This document shows, piece after piece, positions 18,885-28,179 of a stretch of DNA of 64,000 nucleotides. The position numbers and the translations under genes are program-made. How positions within the stretch are numbered: the stretch's first letter is position 1; each line of letters begins with the position of its first letter. Under the pieces are notes generated by a model that worked only from the letters and a program-made list of their open reading frames with translations, had not been told where the DNA came from and did no database searches. The stretch is from a virus. Location of the stretch: IMG/VR virus record IMGVR_UViG_3300014039_000006, one strand, 5' to 3'.

Positions 18885-19451
18885 ATGAAGGTAAAAAGAA
18901 CAGTAACAATGAAAGTTAGCAATTTTGAGGTTGGCGATCGGATCACCGTAAAACTTTCTGGATATGGGAAGTTTACGGCTACGGCACACGAGATCACAGA
19001 CAAGGGAACACTATTTATCTTTGATGATTGTGTTTGTGAAAGACAAATGAACGAAGAAAATACGAATGAAGGTGGATATTTGGAATCAGACCTTAGAAAG
19101 TTTGTGGCACAGGATCTGTTAAAGGCATTTCCGGATAAACTTTTGGAGAGAATGGCAAAGGACGATAACGGAGATCTACTTTCCATTCCGACCTACGGAC
19201 AGGTTTTGGGTAAAGACTGGGACGATGAGTGGGATGAGAAAAACATTGAGATCGACAAGAGAGAACAATTGCCACTGATGCAGAAAAGAAAGAACCGGAT
19301 TGCAGATTTACAAAACGAATGGACATGGTACTGGTTGCAAAATAAAGTCCTGTCGTCGTCTGCCTTCGCCGGTGTCGGCGGCGATGGCTATGCCGGCTAC
19401 GCCGGCGCGTCCGACTCCGGCGGGGTTCGCCCAGCTTTCCTAATCAAGTAA
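18885..19451 (+). CDS. DGR variable target protein 2 (remote)
   Basis: Paralog of 25030-25599. C-terminus WYWLQNKVLSSSAFAGV..GGVRPAFLIK is encoded by VR2. No signal peptide. Confidence 0.85.
   Translation: MKVKRTVTMKVSNFEVGDRITVKLSGYGKFTATAHEITDKGTLFIFDDCVCERQMNEENTNEGGYLESDLRKFVAQDLLKAFPDKLLERMAKDDNGDLLSIPTYGQVLGKDWDDEWDEKNIEIDKREQLPLMQKRKNRIADLQNEWTWYWLQNKVLSSSAFAGVGGDGYAGYAGASDSGGVRPAFLIK
19348..19432 (+). repeat. DGR variable region VR2
   Basis: 85 nt aligned to TR: 21 differences, all at TR adenines. Confidence 0.85.
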
Positions 19452-19459
19452 TCATTAAT

Positions 19460-19480
19460 CCACGCCCCGTGTGGGCGTGG
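19460..19480 (+). promoter_or_regulatory. GC hairpin downstream of VR2
   Basis: CCACGCCC-cgtgt-GGGCGTGG, 28 nt after VR2. Confidence 0.7.
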
Positions 19481-19511
19481 AAATGGAAGTAAATTAAAGG
19501 AGTGACAAGAA

Positions 19512-19754
19512 ATGAAAATTGAATGTTTGGATTTAAGACCTTGTAAATATGATGGAAAAAACTATCTTTTTCATTGTTGGGAGCATTTTTCAGAGATTGT
19601 GGAACCATCACCATTGATGGGAGGACATTGTGGTGGAGTAGTTGGTTGTACTTTTGGAATTGTGGAAGATGAAAACGGAAAAGTTTTTCGGGTTCCAGCC
19701 TACGAAATTACATTTACTGATAACAAGTTTAGAGAATATTGTTTTGTGGATTAA
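19512..19754 (+). CDS. hypothetical protein
   Basis: 80-aa ORF with an AAGGAG RBS. Confidence 0.5.
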   Translation: MKIECLDLRPCKYDGKNYLFHCWEHFSEIVEPSPLMGGHCGGVVGCTFGIVEDENGKVFRVPAYEITFTDNKFREYCFVD

Positions 19755-19776
19755 ATTAAAGGAGTGAAAATAAAAG

Positions 19777-19944
19777 ATGAATGAAAATTATTACAAGAAT
19801 ATGCCGGAAGACTTCCGGAAAGCGGTAGCGGTAATCAAGGATTACTGCCAGAATGAAGAATGTGCAGCAGACTGTGAATGTGACAACTGTCCGTATCCGT
19901 TAAGCATGATACGGTGTGGGGATCGTTTAAAGGAAGTAAATTAA
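19777..19944 (+). CDS. hypothetical small Cys-rich protein
   Basis: 55 aa: MNENYYKNMPEDFRKAVAVIKDYCQNEECAADCECDNCPYP.. AAGGAG RBS. Not in the ORF track (too short). Confidence 0.4.
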   Translation: MNENYYKNMPEDFRKAVAVIKDYCQNEECAADCECDNCPYPLSMIRCGDRLKEVN

Positions 19945-19961
19945 AGTTTAGGAGGACAAAC

Positions 19962-20288
19962 ATGCAGGAAGCGTTTAAAAGAATTCTGTCAAAGCTTGAG
20001 GGAATAGAAGTACACTGTTTAGAAATGAGTGATTGGCAAGGACAGAATGCGATTGAAAGTGCTATTGAAATTGTCAAACAGGAACAACAAAGTTACATTG
20101 GAAATTGGATTCCATGTAGCGAAAGGCTCCCTGATAAAGAAGGAAGCTATTTGGTTGTAGGAAAGACAGGCGGTGCCGTTGTTACAAGATGGTATGCACC
20201 AAGCAAATATTATCCGAATGGTCATTTCGGTGGAAATTGTGCAGATTACATCAGATATTGGATGCCAAGACCGATAGCACCAGAATAA
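19962..20288 (+). CDS. DUF551-like protein
   Basis: WIPCSERLPDKEGSYLVV...RYWMPRPIAP. Confidence 0.65.
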   Translation: MQEAFKRILSKLEGIEVHCLEMSDWQGQNAIESAIEIVKQEQQSYIGNWIPCSERLPDKEGSYLVVGKTGGAVVTRWYAPSKYYPNGHFGGNCADYIRYWMPRPIAPE

Positions 20289-20327
20289 AAAGCGGAACTA
20301 AACTGAAATTTAGGAGGAATAATAAAA

Positions 20328-20528
20328 ATGGCAAAATACACTGTATATGGAAACTATATCTTTCCATGCGTTTTGGGTGAATATGAAGCTGATTCACAGG
20401 AAGAAGCTATTCAAATGGCATTAGACGATGCAGAACCCGATATGGGATTATGTTATACCTGTTCCAGAAAATTTTCGGATAGTGGAATGCTTGATGAAGA
20501 ATCTTGCACAGCAGAAATTGAAGATTAA
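20328..20528 (+). CDS. hypothetical protein
   Basis: 66-aa ORF with an AGGAGG RBS. Confidence 0.5.
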   Translation: MAKYTVYGNYIFPCVLGEYEADSQEEAIQMALDDAEPDMGLCYTCSRKFSDSGMLDEESCTAEIED

Positions 20529-20540
20529 CGGAGGTAAACC

Positions 20541-20846
20541 ATGAAATATGTAATTGAATTAGAACCAATCAAGGGAACAAACCTTTATAAGGCGAAAGGA
20601 TTTAACACACTGGTGTTTGATGAGTACGGATTGCAACAGCTTACACCGTATGAGGTCATTAGATTACCCCGAATTGGAGATACCATAAGAAACGAGAACG
20701 GAACAGCACTTTATGAGTTCAGAGGTTATGACAAAAATGGAAGAATCAATGCGGTAAATAAATCGAGTGGAAGGTTTGCAAATTTAAGCAGAGACCATAT
20801 CGTCGTTGTAGACGATAAAACTAATCCGGAAAAAATAGAGTGCTAA
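20541..20846 (+). CDS. hypothetical protein
   Basis: 101-aa ORF with a GGAGG RBS. Confidence 0.5.
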   Translation: MKYVIELEPIKGTNLYKAKGFNTLVFDEYGLQQLTPYEVIRLPRIGDTIRNENGTALYEFRGYDKNGRINAVNKSSGRFANLSRDHIVVVDDKTNPEKIEC

Positions 20847-20862
20847 AGGAGAACGATGCAGA

Positions 20863-21447
20863 TTGAGTTATCAAGATATAAGAAAGCAAAAGGCGATAGA
20901 GCAGAAGAACCGGAAACGACTGTTGGAAGTGAATGGGAGCCTTGATGATAGTAGCGGAATTTACTTTTTGACACGAACGGACGAAAACGGCATTAAATAC
21001 GCCTACATCGGACAGGCAAAGCACATTCTCACAAGGCTTGCACAGCACCTTGTCGGTTATCAGCATATCGACCTCTCGTTGAAGTCTCATGGTTTGTATT
21101 CTGTTGATAATATTTACGGTTGGAAGATTGGGTTTCTGCATTTTCCGTTAGAAAAACTGGACGAAAAAGAACAATATTACATAAGGCAGTATGCAGTGAA
21201 TGGTTATCAGCTTCGGAACAAAACCGGTGGCGGTCAAGGAAAAGGGAAAGAGAAGATTGACGAATACCGACCGGTGAAAGGCTACTATGACGGATTGAAA
21301 CAAGGTAGAAAGAACCTTGCGAGGGAATTGTCCTGTATCATTGAAAAACACCTTGTTATTTCTTTGAAAGCGGAGAAACAGGGAAATAAGGTTTCACAGA
21401 AGCAGTACGAAAAGTTTATGGATTTGCTAAAGGTTGGTGATGAGTGA
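20863..21447 (+). CDS. GIY-YIG nuclease domain protein
   Basis: SGIYFLTRTDENGIKYAYIGQAKHILTRLAQH. Start codon uncertain. Confidence 0.65.
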   Translation: MSYQDIRKQKAIEQKNRKRLLEVNGSLDDSSGIYFLTRTDENGIKYAYIGQAKHILTRLAQHLVGYQHIDLSLKSHGLYSVDNIYGWKIGFLHFPLEKLDEKEQYYIRQYAVNGYQLRNKTGGGQGKGKEKIDEYRPVKGYYDGLKQGRKNLARELSCIIEKHLVISLKAEKQGNKVSQKQYEKFMDLLKVGDE

Positions 21448-21570
21448 CATAGAAGAAATCCAAGGTAAAAGAGAGTATTGCAAGCGAAAAGAAGATCAAG
21501 CTGATTAAGAAAAAATAAAGAAAGGAATAAGGTTGTGCGCACATAAAACCATGGTTTCCTTTCGAGAGAA

Positions 21571-22407
21571 ATGAAAAAATTAAAATGCGAAATTTACAGA
21601 GATTCAATGCAAAACTACAAGAAATATGCAATCCCTCCGGCACAGCTTATTATTGCCGATGTCCCTTACAATGTAGGGAATAACTTCTACGGAAGCAACC
21701 CTATGTGGTATCAAGGTGGGGACAATAAAAACGGAGAAAGCAAACTTGCCGGAAAAGCCGCTTTTAATTCAGACTTCAACTTTAATCTTTATGAGTATTT
21801 TCATTTTTGTTCAAAAATGCTTAAGAAAGAGCCTAAGAAATCCAGCGTAAGAGGTAGAAGTTCAGAAGCACCATGCATGATTGTATTTTGTTCTTTTGAA
21901 CAGATGTACACATTGATTGAAGCGGCTAAAAAGCACGGATTTGTTCATTACATACCACTTGTATTTGTCAAAAATTACAGTCCGCAAGTATTAAAAGCAA
22001 ATATGAGAATTGTGGGAGCTACGGAATATGCCCTTGTGCTTTACAGGAATAAGTTGCCGAAATTTAGAAACGGTGCGAAGTTTGACGAAGAAGGTAAAAC
22101 CATTCGTGGAACTGGAAAGATGATCTTTAACTGGTTTTCATGGGAGAAAGACGGAAAAGATATTCCGAAAATTCATCCGGCACAGAAACCAGTAGTGGTA
22201 CTAAAGAAGCTAATCGAGATTTTTACAGACGAAGGAGATGTTATTATAGACCCTTGTTGTGGAAGCGGAAGCACGTTAAGAGCCGCAACAGAAATGGGTA
22301 GAAGTGCTTTTGGATTTGAAATTGACCGGAATTTCTATCAAAGAGCCAAAGAAGAAATGCTTAATTTTGAAAAAGAAAATCAAATGAGCATATTCGATTA
22401 TGAATAA
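21571..22407 (+). CDS. DNA methyltransferase (N6-A/N4-C, beta class), orphan
   Basis: IIADVPYN (DPPY-type motif IV) precedes DPCCGSGSTLRAA (motif I). No cognate endonuclease seen. Confidence 0.8.
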   Translation: MKKLKCEIYRDSMQNYKKYAIPPAQLIIADVPYNVGNNFYGSNPMWYQGGDNKNGESKLAGKAAFNSDFNFNLYEYFHFCSKMLKKEPKKSSVRGRSSEAPCMIVFCSFEQMYTLIEAAKKHGFVHYIPLVFVKNYSPQVLKANMRIVGATEYALVLYRNKLPKFRNGAKFDEEGKTIRGTGKMIFNWFSWEKDGKDIPKIHPAQKPVVVLKKLIEIFTDEGDVIIDPCCGSGSTLRAATEMGRSAFGFEIDRNFYQRAKEEMLNFEKENQMSIFDYE

Positions 22408-22457
22408 ATATATTCTAACTGGAATAAGAAAATTCACGGAACTTGAAAGGAGTAAAA

Positions 22458-23021
22458 ATGCCAAAACATTATGATGATCCACAGGAAATTGCAAGAATGA
22501 TGGTGGAATTGAAACGTTTACGGCAGACGGCGCAGAGAAGTCCGTTTACCGGATTGCTTACCATTTTCTGCTATGTCCTTTGGAAAGATTACAAATATAG
22601 CCAAACAAAACTTGCGAAATTCTGTGAGGACTTTTCAAAGTACGATGCAGAATATGACGGACAGAATATTTCCGAACTTGATAACGGGTTATGGGATTAT
22701 GCCGATTGGAAAGTGGAATTTACGCCGTATACTGAAAAGGATTATCCGTTTTACAAGTCCCCTATGGCACAGAAAGTAGTACGGGAACAGGTGAAAGCCA
22801 ACAACGAAATTAATGAGAAAGCGACGAGGTATTTAACCTACGGATTTACGGTTTTGATGAATGACGGAACGAAGAAACAGAAGTTGACAAACATCAAAGA
22901 TAAAATCCAGAAGCGCATTGATGAAGTGACCGCCGATGAAAGAGACAAGTGCATCATGGATTTGTGGAAAGAGTTGGTTGACGAAGCCGGAATTTACATT
23001 GAGAAACCGGTGATCGATTAA
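22458..23021 (+). CDS. hypothetical protein
   Basis: 187-aa ORF with an AAGGAG RBS. Confidence 0.5.
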   Translation: MPKHYDDPQEIARMMVELKRLRQTAQRSPFTGLLTIFCYVLWKDYKYSQTKLAKFCEDFSKYDAEYDGQNISELDNGLWDYADWKVEFTPYTEKDYPFYKSPMAQKVVREQVKANNEINEKATRYLTYGFTVLMNDGTKKQKLTNIKDKIQKRIDEVTADERDKCIMDLWKELVDEAGIYIEKPVID

Positions 23022-23040
23022 AGGAAAGGAGTTGTTATGA

Positions 23041-23736
23041 GTGAAAGGAAAACGAACGTTTGACATAAAGCTTGTTAGTTCCGACACTTTTCTTAATATG
23101 CCGATATCTGCACAATGTTTATTCTTCCACCTTTGCATCAGGGCAGACGATGAAGGATTTGTTGACCGTGTAAAAAGCATTATAAAACAGTGCGGTGCTA
23201 CGGATGAAGATTTGGAAGTGTTGAAGAAAAAGAGATACGTTCTTACATTTCCAGAATCGAATGTCATCGTGATTAAACACTGGAAACTTCACAATCTGAT
23301 TGACAAGGACGAGTTTGAATCTACGGTATATGCCGAGGAAAAGTCAAAACTGTACGAAAAAGAGAACGGTGCTTATACCTTTGATTCACGCAAGGCTGAA
23401 AAGTTGAGTGACAAATTGAATATTGGTGAAAGAAAAACTCAATTAGATACCGTAAAAGAAGTGATTTCCTATTTAAACGAGAAATGCGGTACGAAATACC
23501 GTTACTCCACGCTTGCTAATCAGAGAGGAATCGTTGCAAGGCTTAATGAGGGAAATTACACCGTTGAAGATTTTAAGGCAGTGATTGATAAAAAGGTGGC
23601 TGATTGGGGAAATAACCCTACAATGTGCACCTATTTACGACCGGAAACTTTGTTCGGAAACAAGTTTGAAAGCTATCTTAATCAGTTATCTTCTTCCGGA
23701 AAAACTGAATTTGACGAATGGGGTGATTGCCGTTGA
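23041..23736 (+). CDS. phage replisome organizer (conserved phage C-terminus, Phg_2220_C type)
   Basis: LNEKCGTKYRYSTLANQRGIVARLNEGNYTVEDFKAVIDKKV..W......YLRPETLFGNKFESYLNQ. Confidence 0.7.
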   Translation: MKGKRTFDIKLVSSDTFLNMPISAQCLFFHLCIRADDEGFVDRVKSIIKQCGATDEDLEVLKKKRYVLTFPESNVIVIKHWKLHNLIDKDEFESTVYAEEKSKLYEKENGAYTFDSRKAEKLSDKLNIGERKTQLDTVKEVISYLNEKCGTKYRYSTLANQRGIVARLNEGNYTVEDFKAVIDKKVADWGNNPTMCTYLRPETLFGNKFESYLNQLSSSGKTEFDEWGDCR

Positions 23737-24359
23737 CACGTGATGAAACAATAGAAATTTTGATGATGGTTCAAGCCGCTTACCCGAATTTTAACGTACC
23801 GGACAAAAAAGTCACGGTCAACACATGGTTTCTCTTCTTTGAGAATTACTCGGTTGATGTGATTAAGGGAGCATTAATGGCATACATCACAAGTGATAAG
23901 AACGGATTCGCTCCGGCAATCGGACAGATTATCGAAATTGCAGAGTCCATGACAAACGCACAGGAACTTGACAGTATGGCGGCGTGGTCTCTTGTCAGTA
24001 AGTCATTGCGAAATGGATATTATCACGCAAGGGAAGAGTTTGAAAAACTGCCGAAACTGGTACAACAAGCGGTCGGAAGTCCGGACAATCTTCGAAATTG
24101 GAGTACATCGGATTATAGTGCTATCGAAACTGTGATCCAGAGCAACTTCTTACGGTCTTACCGGATATGCGTTGAACGTGACAAGAAAATGCGTTGTATG
24201 CCGGAACAAATCAGAAACCAGATCGAAAACAATATACCTGTTTTTCATCTTCCGGAATCAGAACCGAAACCGATGATTGAGCAAAATAAAACGGACGGAA
24301 TTTCAGAAAAAACGGAAAAGTTGCTGGAAGAGTTTAAAAGAAAGGAAATGATGAATTGA
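23727..24359 (+). CDS. G39P-like helicase loader/inhibitor family protein
   Basis: TRDETIEILMMVQAAYPNFNVPDKKVTVNTWFLFFENY pattern. Non-ATG start. Confidence 0.5.
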   Translation: MPLTRDETIEILMMVQAAYPNFNVPDKKVTVNTWFLFFENYSVDVIKGALMAYITSDKNGFAPAIGQIIEIAESMTNAQELDSMAAWSLVSKSLRNGYYHAREEFEKLPKLVQQAVGSPDNLRNWSTSDYSAIETVIQSNFLRSYRICVERDKKMRCMPEQIRNQIENNIPVFHLPESEPKPMIEQNKTDGISEKTEKLLEEFKRKEMMN

Positions 24360-24766
24360 TGAAAGATTATTGTATTTTCCACGAACGAATGAAAAGCAGA
24401 ATGAATCTTTGTTGTATGACCGGAAGAGAACTTTCCGAAAAGACGGGAATAACAGAAGTTTCAATAAGCAGATATTTAACAGGGCAAAGAGTTCCAAAAG
24501 CGACAGAAATAATAAAAATTGCAAATGCTTTGAATTGCTCTTGTGATTATCTTTTAGGGAAAAATCCGAAGAAAAATTTATCCATCAAAGAAGCTATCAA
24601 CATTCTTGAATTAAATAGACCTTTTGAAGAAAATGAACTTCAAAATGCGCTTGATATTGCGATCGAATCGTTAAAAATGCAAATAAAAATGGAAAAAGAA
24701 TGTTCTACTTATGATGAGTGCCGCAAGTGTAATATTTGCCTTAGCGATTTCATTATAGAAAAGTGA
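24356..24766 (+). CDS. XRE-family HTH protein
   Basis: MTGRELSEKTGITEVSISRYLTGQRVPKATEIIKIANALNCSCDYLLG. Confidence 0.7.
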   Translation: MMKDYCIFHERMKSRMNLCCMTGRELSEKTGITEVSISRYLTGQRVPKATEIIKIANALNCSCDYLLGKNPKKNLSIKEAINILELNRPFEENELQNALDIAIESLKMQIKMEKECSTYDECRKCNICLSDFIIEK

Positions 24767-24808
24767 ATGAACGGAAACATGAATATCCAGTATTGAGAAA
24801 GGATCCTT

Positions 24809-25012
24809 ATGAAGCAAACATTCATAGTAAGAATTAAAACTAATCACAAAAGTTTTAACAAATGGATTAAAGAACATGATAAGACAGTAAGAGAAAAAGT
24901 ACTCGATGATGCGATTCTTTATTTTGAGAAGCACGCACACGAGGTATACGACCATGTGAGCGCAAGGGATTTTATTTGCGACAGGTTGGAAGAACTTAAA
25001 AACAAAAATTAA
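24809..25012 (+). CDS. hypothetical protein
   Basis: 67-aa ORF. Confidence 0.45.
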   Translation: MKQTFIVRIKTNHKSFNKWIKEHDKTVREKVLDDAILYFEKHAHEVYDHVSARDFICDRLEELKNKN

Positions 25013-25029
25013 GAATGGAGGAATTTAAA

Positions 25030-25599
25030 ATGAAAGCATGGAGAAAAGTAAAAATGGAGATCAAAAACTATGAGGTCGGAGATCAGATCGCGGTGAAACT
25101 CAAAGGCTTCGGAAAATTTACTGCAACGGCACAGAGAGTTTATGACGATGGAAAAACGCTGTTTCTTTTCGATAACTGCGTTGCAGAACGGCAGATGAAC
25201 GAAAACGGTTCAAATTCCGGAGGTTTTTATGAATCCGACTTATGCAAGTGGATGAATACAGAATTGGTGAAAACTTTTCCCACTAAACTTCTTGACCGCA
25301 TGATTTATACGAACGAAGAACATGAATGCCTGCTTCGAATTCCGACAAGAAAGGAAATGTTCGGAGAAGATGAATATAGTCAATATTACGAACCGGATAA
25401 CGAGGAACAATTTGAACTTATGAAAGACAGAAAAAACCGTGTTTGTTCTCTTCCTGATGATGAATATGCATGGTATTGGTTGATGAATGCGCATCTCCGG
25501 TCGTCGTCTTACTTCGCCCCTGTCAGCGCCAGTGGCCGTGCCAACGGCTTCGGCGCGTCCAGCTCTGGCGGGGTTCGCCCGGCTTTCCTAATCAAGTAA
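25030..25599 (+). CDS. DGR variable target protein 3 (remote)
   Basis: Paralog of 18885-19451. C-terminus WYWLMNAHLRSSSYFAPV..GGVRPAFLIK is encoded by VR3. Confidence 0.85.
   Translation: MKAWRKVKMEIKNYEVGDQIAVKLKGFGKFTATAQRVYDDGKTLFLFDNCVAERQMNENGSNSGGFYESDLCKWMNTELVKTFPTKLLDRMIYTNEEHECLLRIPTRKEMFGEDEYSQYYEPDNEEQFELMKDRKNRVCSLPDDEYAWYWLMNAHLRSSSYFAPVSASGRANGFGASSSGGVRPAFLIK
25496..25580 (+). repeat. DGR variable region VR3
   Basis: 85 nt aligned to TR: 19 differences at TR adenines plus one C-to-T at TR position 71. Confidence 0.85.
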
Positions 25600-25607
25600 T
25601 CATTAAT

Positions 25608-25628
25608 CCACGCCCCGTGTGGGCGTGG
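25608..25628 (+). promoter_or_regulatory. GC hairpin downstream of VR3
   Basis: CCACGCCC-cgtgt-GGGCGTGG. The roughly 58 bp after the VR are identical to the VR2 flank. Confidence 0.7.
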
Positions 25629-25665
25629 AAATGGAAGTGAAATTAAAATTTCGGAGGTAAAGTAG

Positions 25666-26253
25666 ATGGCACAATATAGAACAAAATCATGTGAAATTGA
25701 AGCAATTCAATGGACTGATAATACAAATGAAATAAAATCATTTTGTGGAAATAGTTGCACATATTCCGTAGAAGAACAGTGCATGGGAAGTTGGAAAGGC
25801 ATTCCGATCGAGAGATTGATTATTCACACATTGGAAGGAGATATGGTTGCAAGCAGAAACGACTACATCATAAAAGGATTGAAAGGTGAATTTTATCCAT
25901 GCAAGCCAGATGTATTTAACCAAAAGTATAAATTAATAAATGATACTATGGAAATACAAGAAGAGCAGAGATGGATACCGGTAACTGAAAGGTTGCCAGA
26001 AGAACTTACACCAGTAAATATTACGTGGATAAATAGAAATCCTGAACAATATTATGCGGATATAAAGGATGTTCCTTTTTCCACTACAGGAGTTTTTCAT
26101 CGCGGAAAGTGGTATTGGTGGTCTACGGTAGTTGTTGATTATCTTTCAGAATATGGAAGATATGACATGGATTTGGTAGATAAAGATATTGAAATTATAG
26201 CATGGCAACCGTTGCCGGAGCCGTACAAAGGAGAAAATAACCACAATATGTAG
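25666..26253 (+). CDS. protein with C-terminal DUF551-like domain
   Basis: RWIPVTERLPEEL...IIAWQPLPEPY. Confidence 0.6.
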   Translation: MAQYRTKSCEIEAIQWTDNTNEIKSFCGNSCTYSVEEQCMGSWKGIPIERLIIHTLEGDMVASRNDYIIKGLKGEFYPCKPDVFNQKYKLINDTMEIQEEQRWIPVTERLPEELTPVNITWINRNPEQYYADIKDVPFSTTGVFHRGKWYWWSTVVVDYLSEYGRYDMDLVDKDIEIIAWQPLPEPYKGENNHNM

Positions 26254-26279
26254 CAATCCCGGATTACAAGATATTGTAT
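26238..26279 (+). repeat. 42-bp direct repeat, copy A
   Basis: taaccacaatatGtagcaatcccggatTAcaagatattgtat. 39/42 identical to 37271-37312. Has internal dyad symmetry (acaatat..atcc c ggat..atattgt). Confidence 0.8.
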
Positions 26280-26284
26280 GGAAA

Positions 26285-27061
26285 GTGAGGAAAATAATGG
26301 CAAGGAGAGAATTGTTACACATAAGTAAATTAAATGATTTTGGGAAATGGCTTGAAGAACAAGGATATATGATTTTACCAACGAGCAAAAATCCATATGA
26401 GGTTTTAAGAGCAAAAAAGGATAAGGATATAGTAATCATTTATTGCAAAGCAAGTAGTAAGGAACATTTGTCCATAATGGATAAGGATTATTCTTTGATT
26501 CGAAGATTTATCAACGAAAGTAAGAAGAATGTCAATGTCGACCGAATTGAGAACATGACGGAGAATGAAGCGGTTAAGTATATGAAGATAGAAAGAGAGT
26601 GCATTAATCGAAATTGCGACAGGAATTGCGCAGAATGCGATATTGTACAGGAAGTAGATGATCTGAACAGTGCTTATGATGTCGCGATTAAGGCGTTGAA
26701 AGACATTTCTTGGTATCAGGCATTGGGAAATAAAGAAGAATGCCAAAAAGCATTTATTCTTTACAGGGAAATGTATAAGCGAAAGTTTACGCTTGAAATC
26801 GTGGAAGAGTACATGAAGTTTGAAGACGAATGTCTAAGAAAGAACTTTACTTTTAAGAGTTTGATCGAAGCAAGAGAAAAGCAGACACCAAAGCAGCCAT
26901 GTCTTGAAGGTGACGGATACGCAGATGGACATCTTGTATATAACACGTGGATCTGTCCTTGCTGCGGCAAGTATTATGAGATTGACTATGAAAAATATGA
27001 TTACTGCCCGAATTGCGGACAGGCTGTAGATTGGAGTATGGAAAATGAAGATATTGATTGA
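26285..27061 (+). CDS. hypothetical protein with C-terminal zinc ribbon
   Basis: 258 aa. CPCCGKYY...CPNCGQ. Confidence 0.5.
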   Translation: MRKIMARRELLHISKLNDFGKWLEEQGYMILPTSKNPYEVLRAKKDKDIVIIYCKASSKEHLSIMDKDYSLIRRFINESKKNVNVDRIENMTENEAVKYMKIERECINRNCDRNCAECDIVQEVDDLNSAYDVAIKALKDISWYQALGNKEECQKAFILYREMYKRKFTLEIVEEYMKFEDECLRKNFTFKSLIEAREKQTPKQPCLEGDGYADGHLVYNTWICPCCGKYYEIDYEKYDYCPNCGQAVDWSMENEDID

Positions 27062-27506
27062 TATTCCAAAAGAATTTGAGATTGATTACCGTACAGACAG
27101 ATTCGCTGACTTTTTTGGTCGTGTTGAAGCTGACATGGATGTGATATGCGGCAACTATGAGAGAGAAACAGCGGATATGATGGTAAATGCTTTTGCCGAA
27201 AGCAGACCATACGATTTGGACGTAGTTATGGAGCAGTTAGAATCGAGAACGGATATTGACAAAATAATAGGGAAAAAGAAAGAATACGGAAGGTGGATTC
27301 CAGTAGAAGAATACCTACCTCCGATACCAGAAAGCGAATACATACACATTCTTCATTCAAGCGAAGTTGTTGCCGTATTATCTGATTGCGGAAACGTATT
27401 TATTGCTAAATACAACTTTGGTATTGAAAGGTGGATAGGGGCATCGGATCATAAAATTACTCATTGGACTCCATTACCGGAAACACCCGAGAAAGGAATA
27501 AAATGA
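27045..27506 (+). CDS. protein with DUF551-like domain
   Basis: RWIPVEEYLPPIPE...ITHWTPLPETP. Confidence 0.6.
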   Translation: MKILIDIPKEFEIDYRTDRFADFFGRVEADMDVICGNYERETADMMVNAFAESRPYDLDVVMEQLESRTDIDKIIGKKKEYGRWIPVEEYLPPIPESEYIHILHSSEVVAVLSDCGNVFIAKYNFGIERWIGASDHKITHWTPLPETPEKGIK

Positions 27507-27745
27507 ACATAAGCAAAAAACTAATTGATTTTATGTGGATTCCTGTTTCCAAAAGGCTGCCGAAAGAAGATTTGTATTGCAAGGGAGCAAGTAAACCTTG
27601 TTTGGTTGCAGCGAGAAAATACGGAGTTTTTGATGCATATTATGATTTTGAAAACCATGAATGGGCTTTTCTTGAAGAAGAATGCTATGCTTCTACAAAC
27701 GAAGTTACCCACTGGATGCCAATTTCGGAAGCACCGTGGAAATAA
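27503..27745 (+). CDS. DUF551-like protein
   Basis: MWIPVSKRLPKED...VTHWMPISEAP. Confidence 0.6.
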   Translation: MNISKKLIDFMWIPVSKRLPKEDLYCKGASKPCLVAARKYGVFDAYYDFENHEWAFLEEECYASTNEVTHWMPISEAPWK

Positions 27746-27799
27746 AAATTATCTTCATAATAGATTAAATAACCTCATATAATGAAAGGAAAACGGCTT

Positions 27800-28003
27800 A
27801 TGAAGTTGTCCAAACTTACAAAGCCGGAACTTGACAAAATACTTCAAAATGCCAATTTTACGAAAGATGAAGAAGAAATATTTTTAATGTTGTCAAAAGG
27901 AAAATCTATAACAGAAATTGCTTGCGCTTTAAATTTGTGCAATCGTTCTGTAAACAGGAAAATTCTTCTTTTGAAATCTAAAATAAAAAGATTGGAGTTG
28001 TAA
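27800..28003 (+). CDS. sigma-70 region 4 / LuxR-type HTH protein (late-gene activator candidate)
   Basis: FTKDEEEIFLMLSKGKSITEIACALNLCNRSVNRKI. Confidence 0.5.
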   Translation: MKLSKLTKPELDKILQNANFTKDEEEIFLMLSKGKSITEIACALNLCNRSVNRKILLLKSKIKRLEL

Positions 28004-28120
28004 AATGGTTAAAGTTACTCTGAATGGCGAAGAAGTTAAAACAGAAGAATTAGAACTTTCACAAAAGATCATAGAATATATAGTTTCTTTGTTGGATTGA
28101 CAGAAAAATATTATAAGAGT

Positions 28121-28155
28121 AAAATGCCGTATATCGTGATGTATGCGGCATTTTT
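28121..28155. repeat. palindrome upstream of int (terminator and/or recombination site candidate)
   Basis: aaaATGCCGtATAtcgtgatgTAtGCGGCATttt. Its right arm recurs inverted at 29636-29652. Confidence 0.5.
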
Positions 28156-28179
28156 ACTAAAGAAAGGAGTAGTGTTTTA

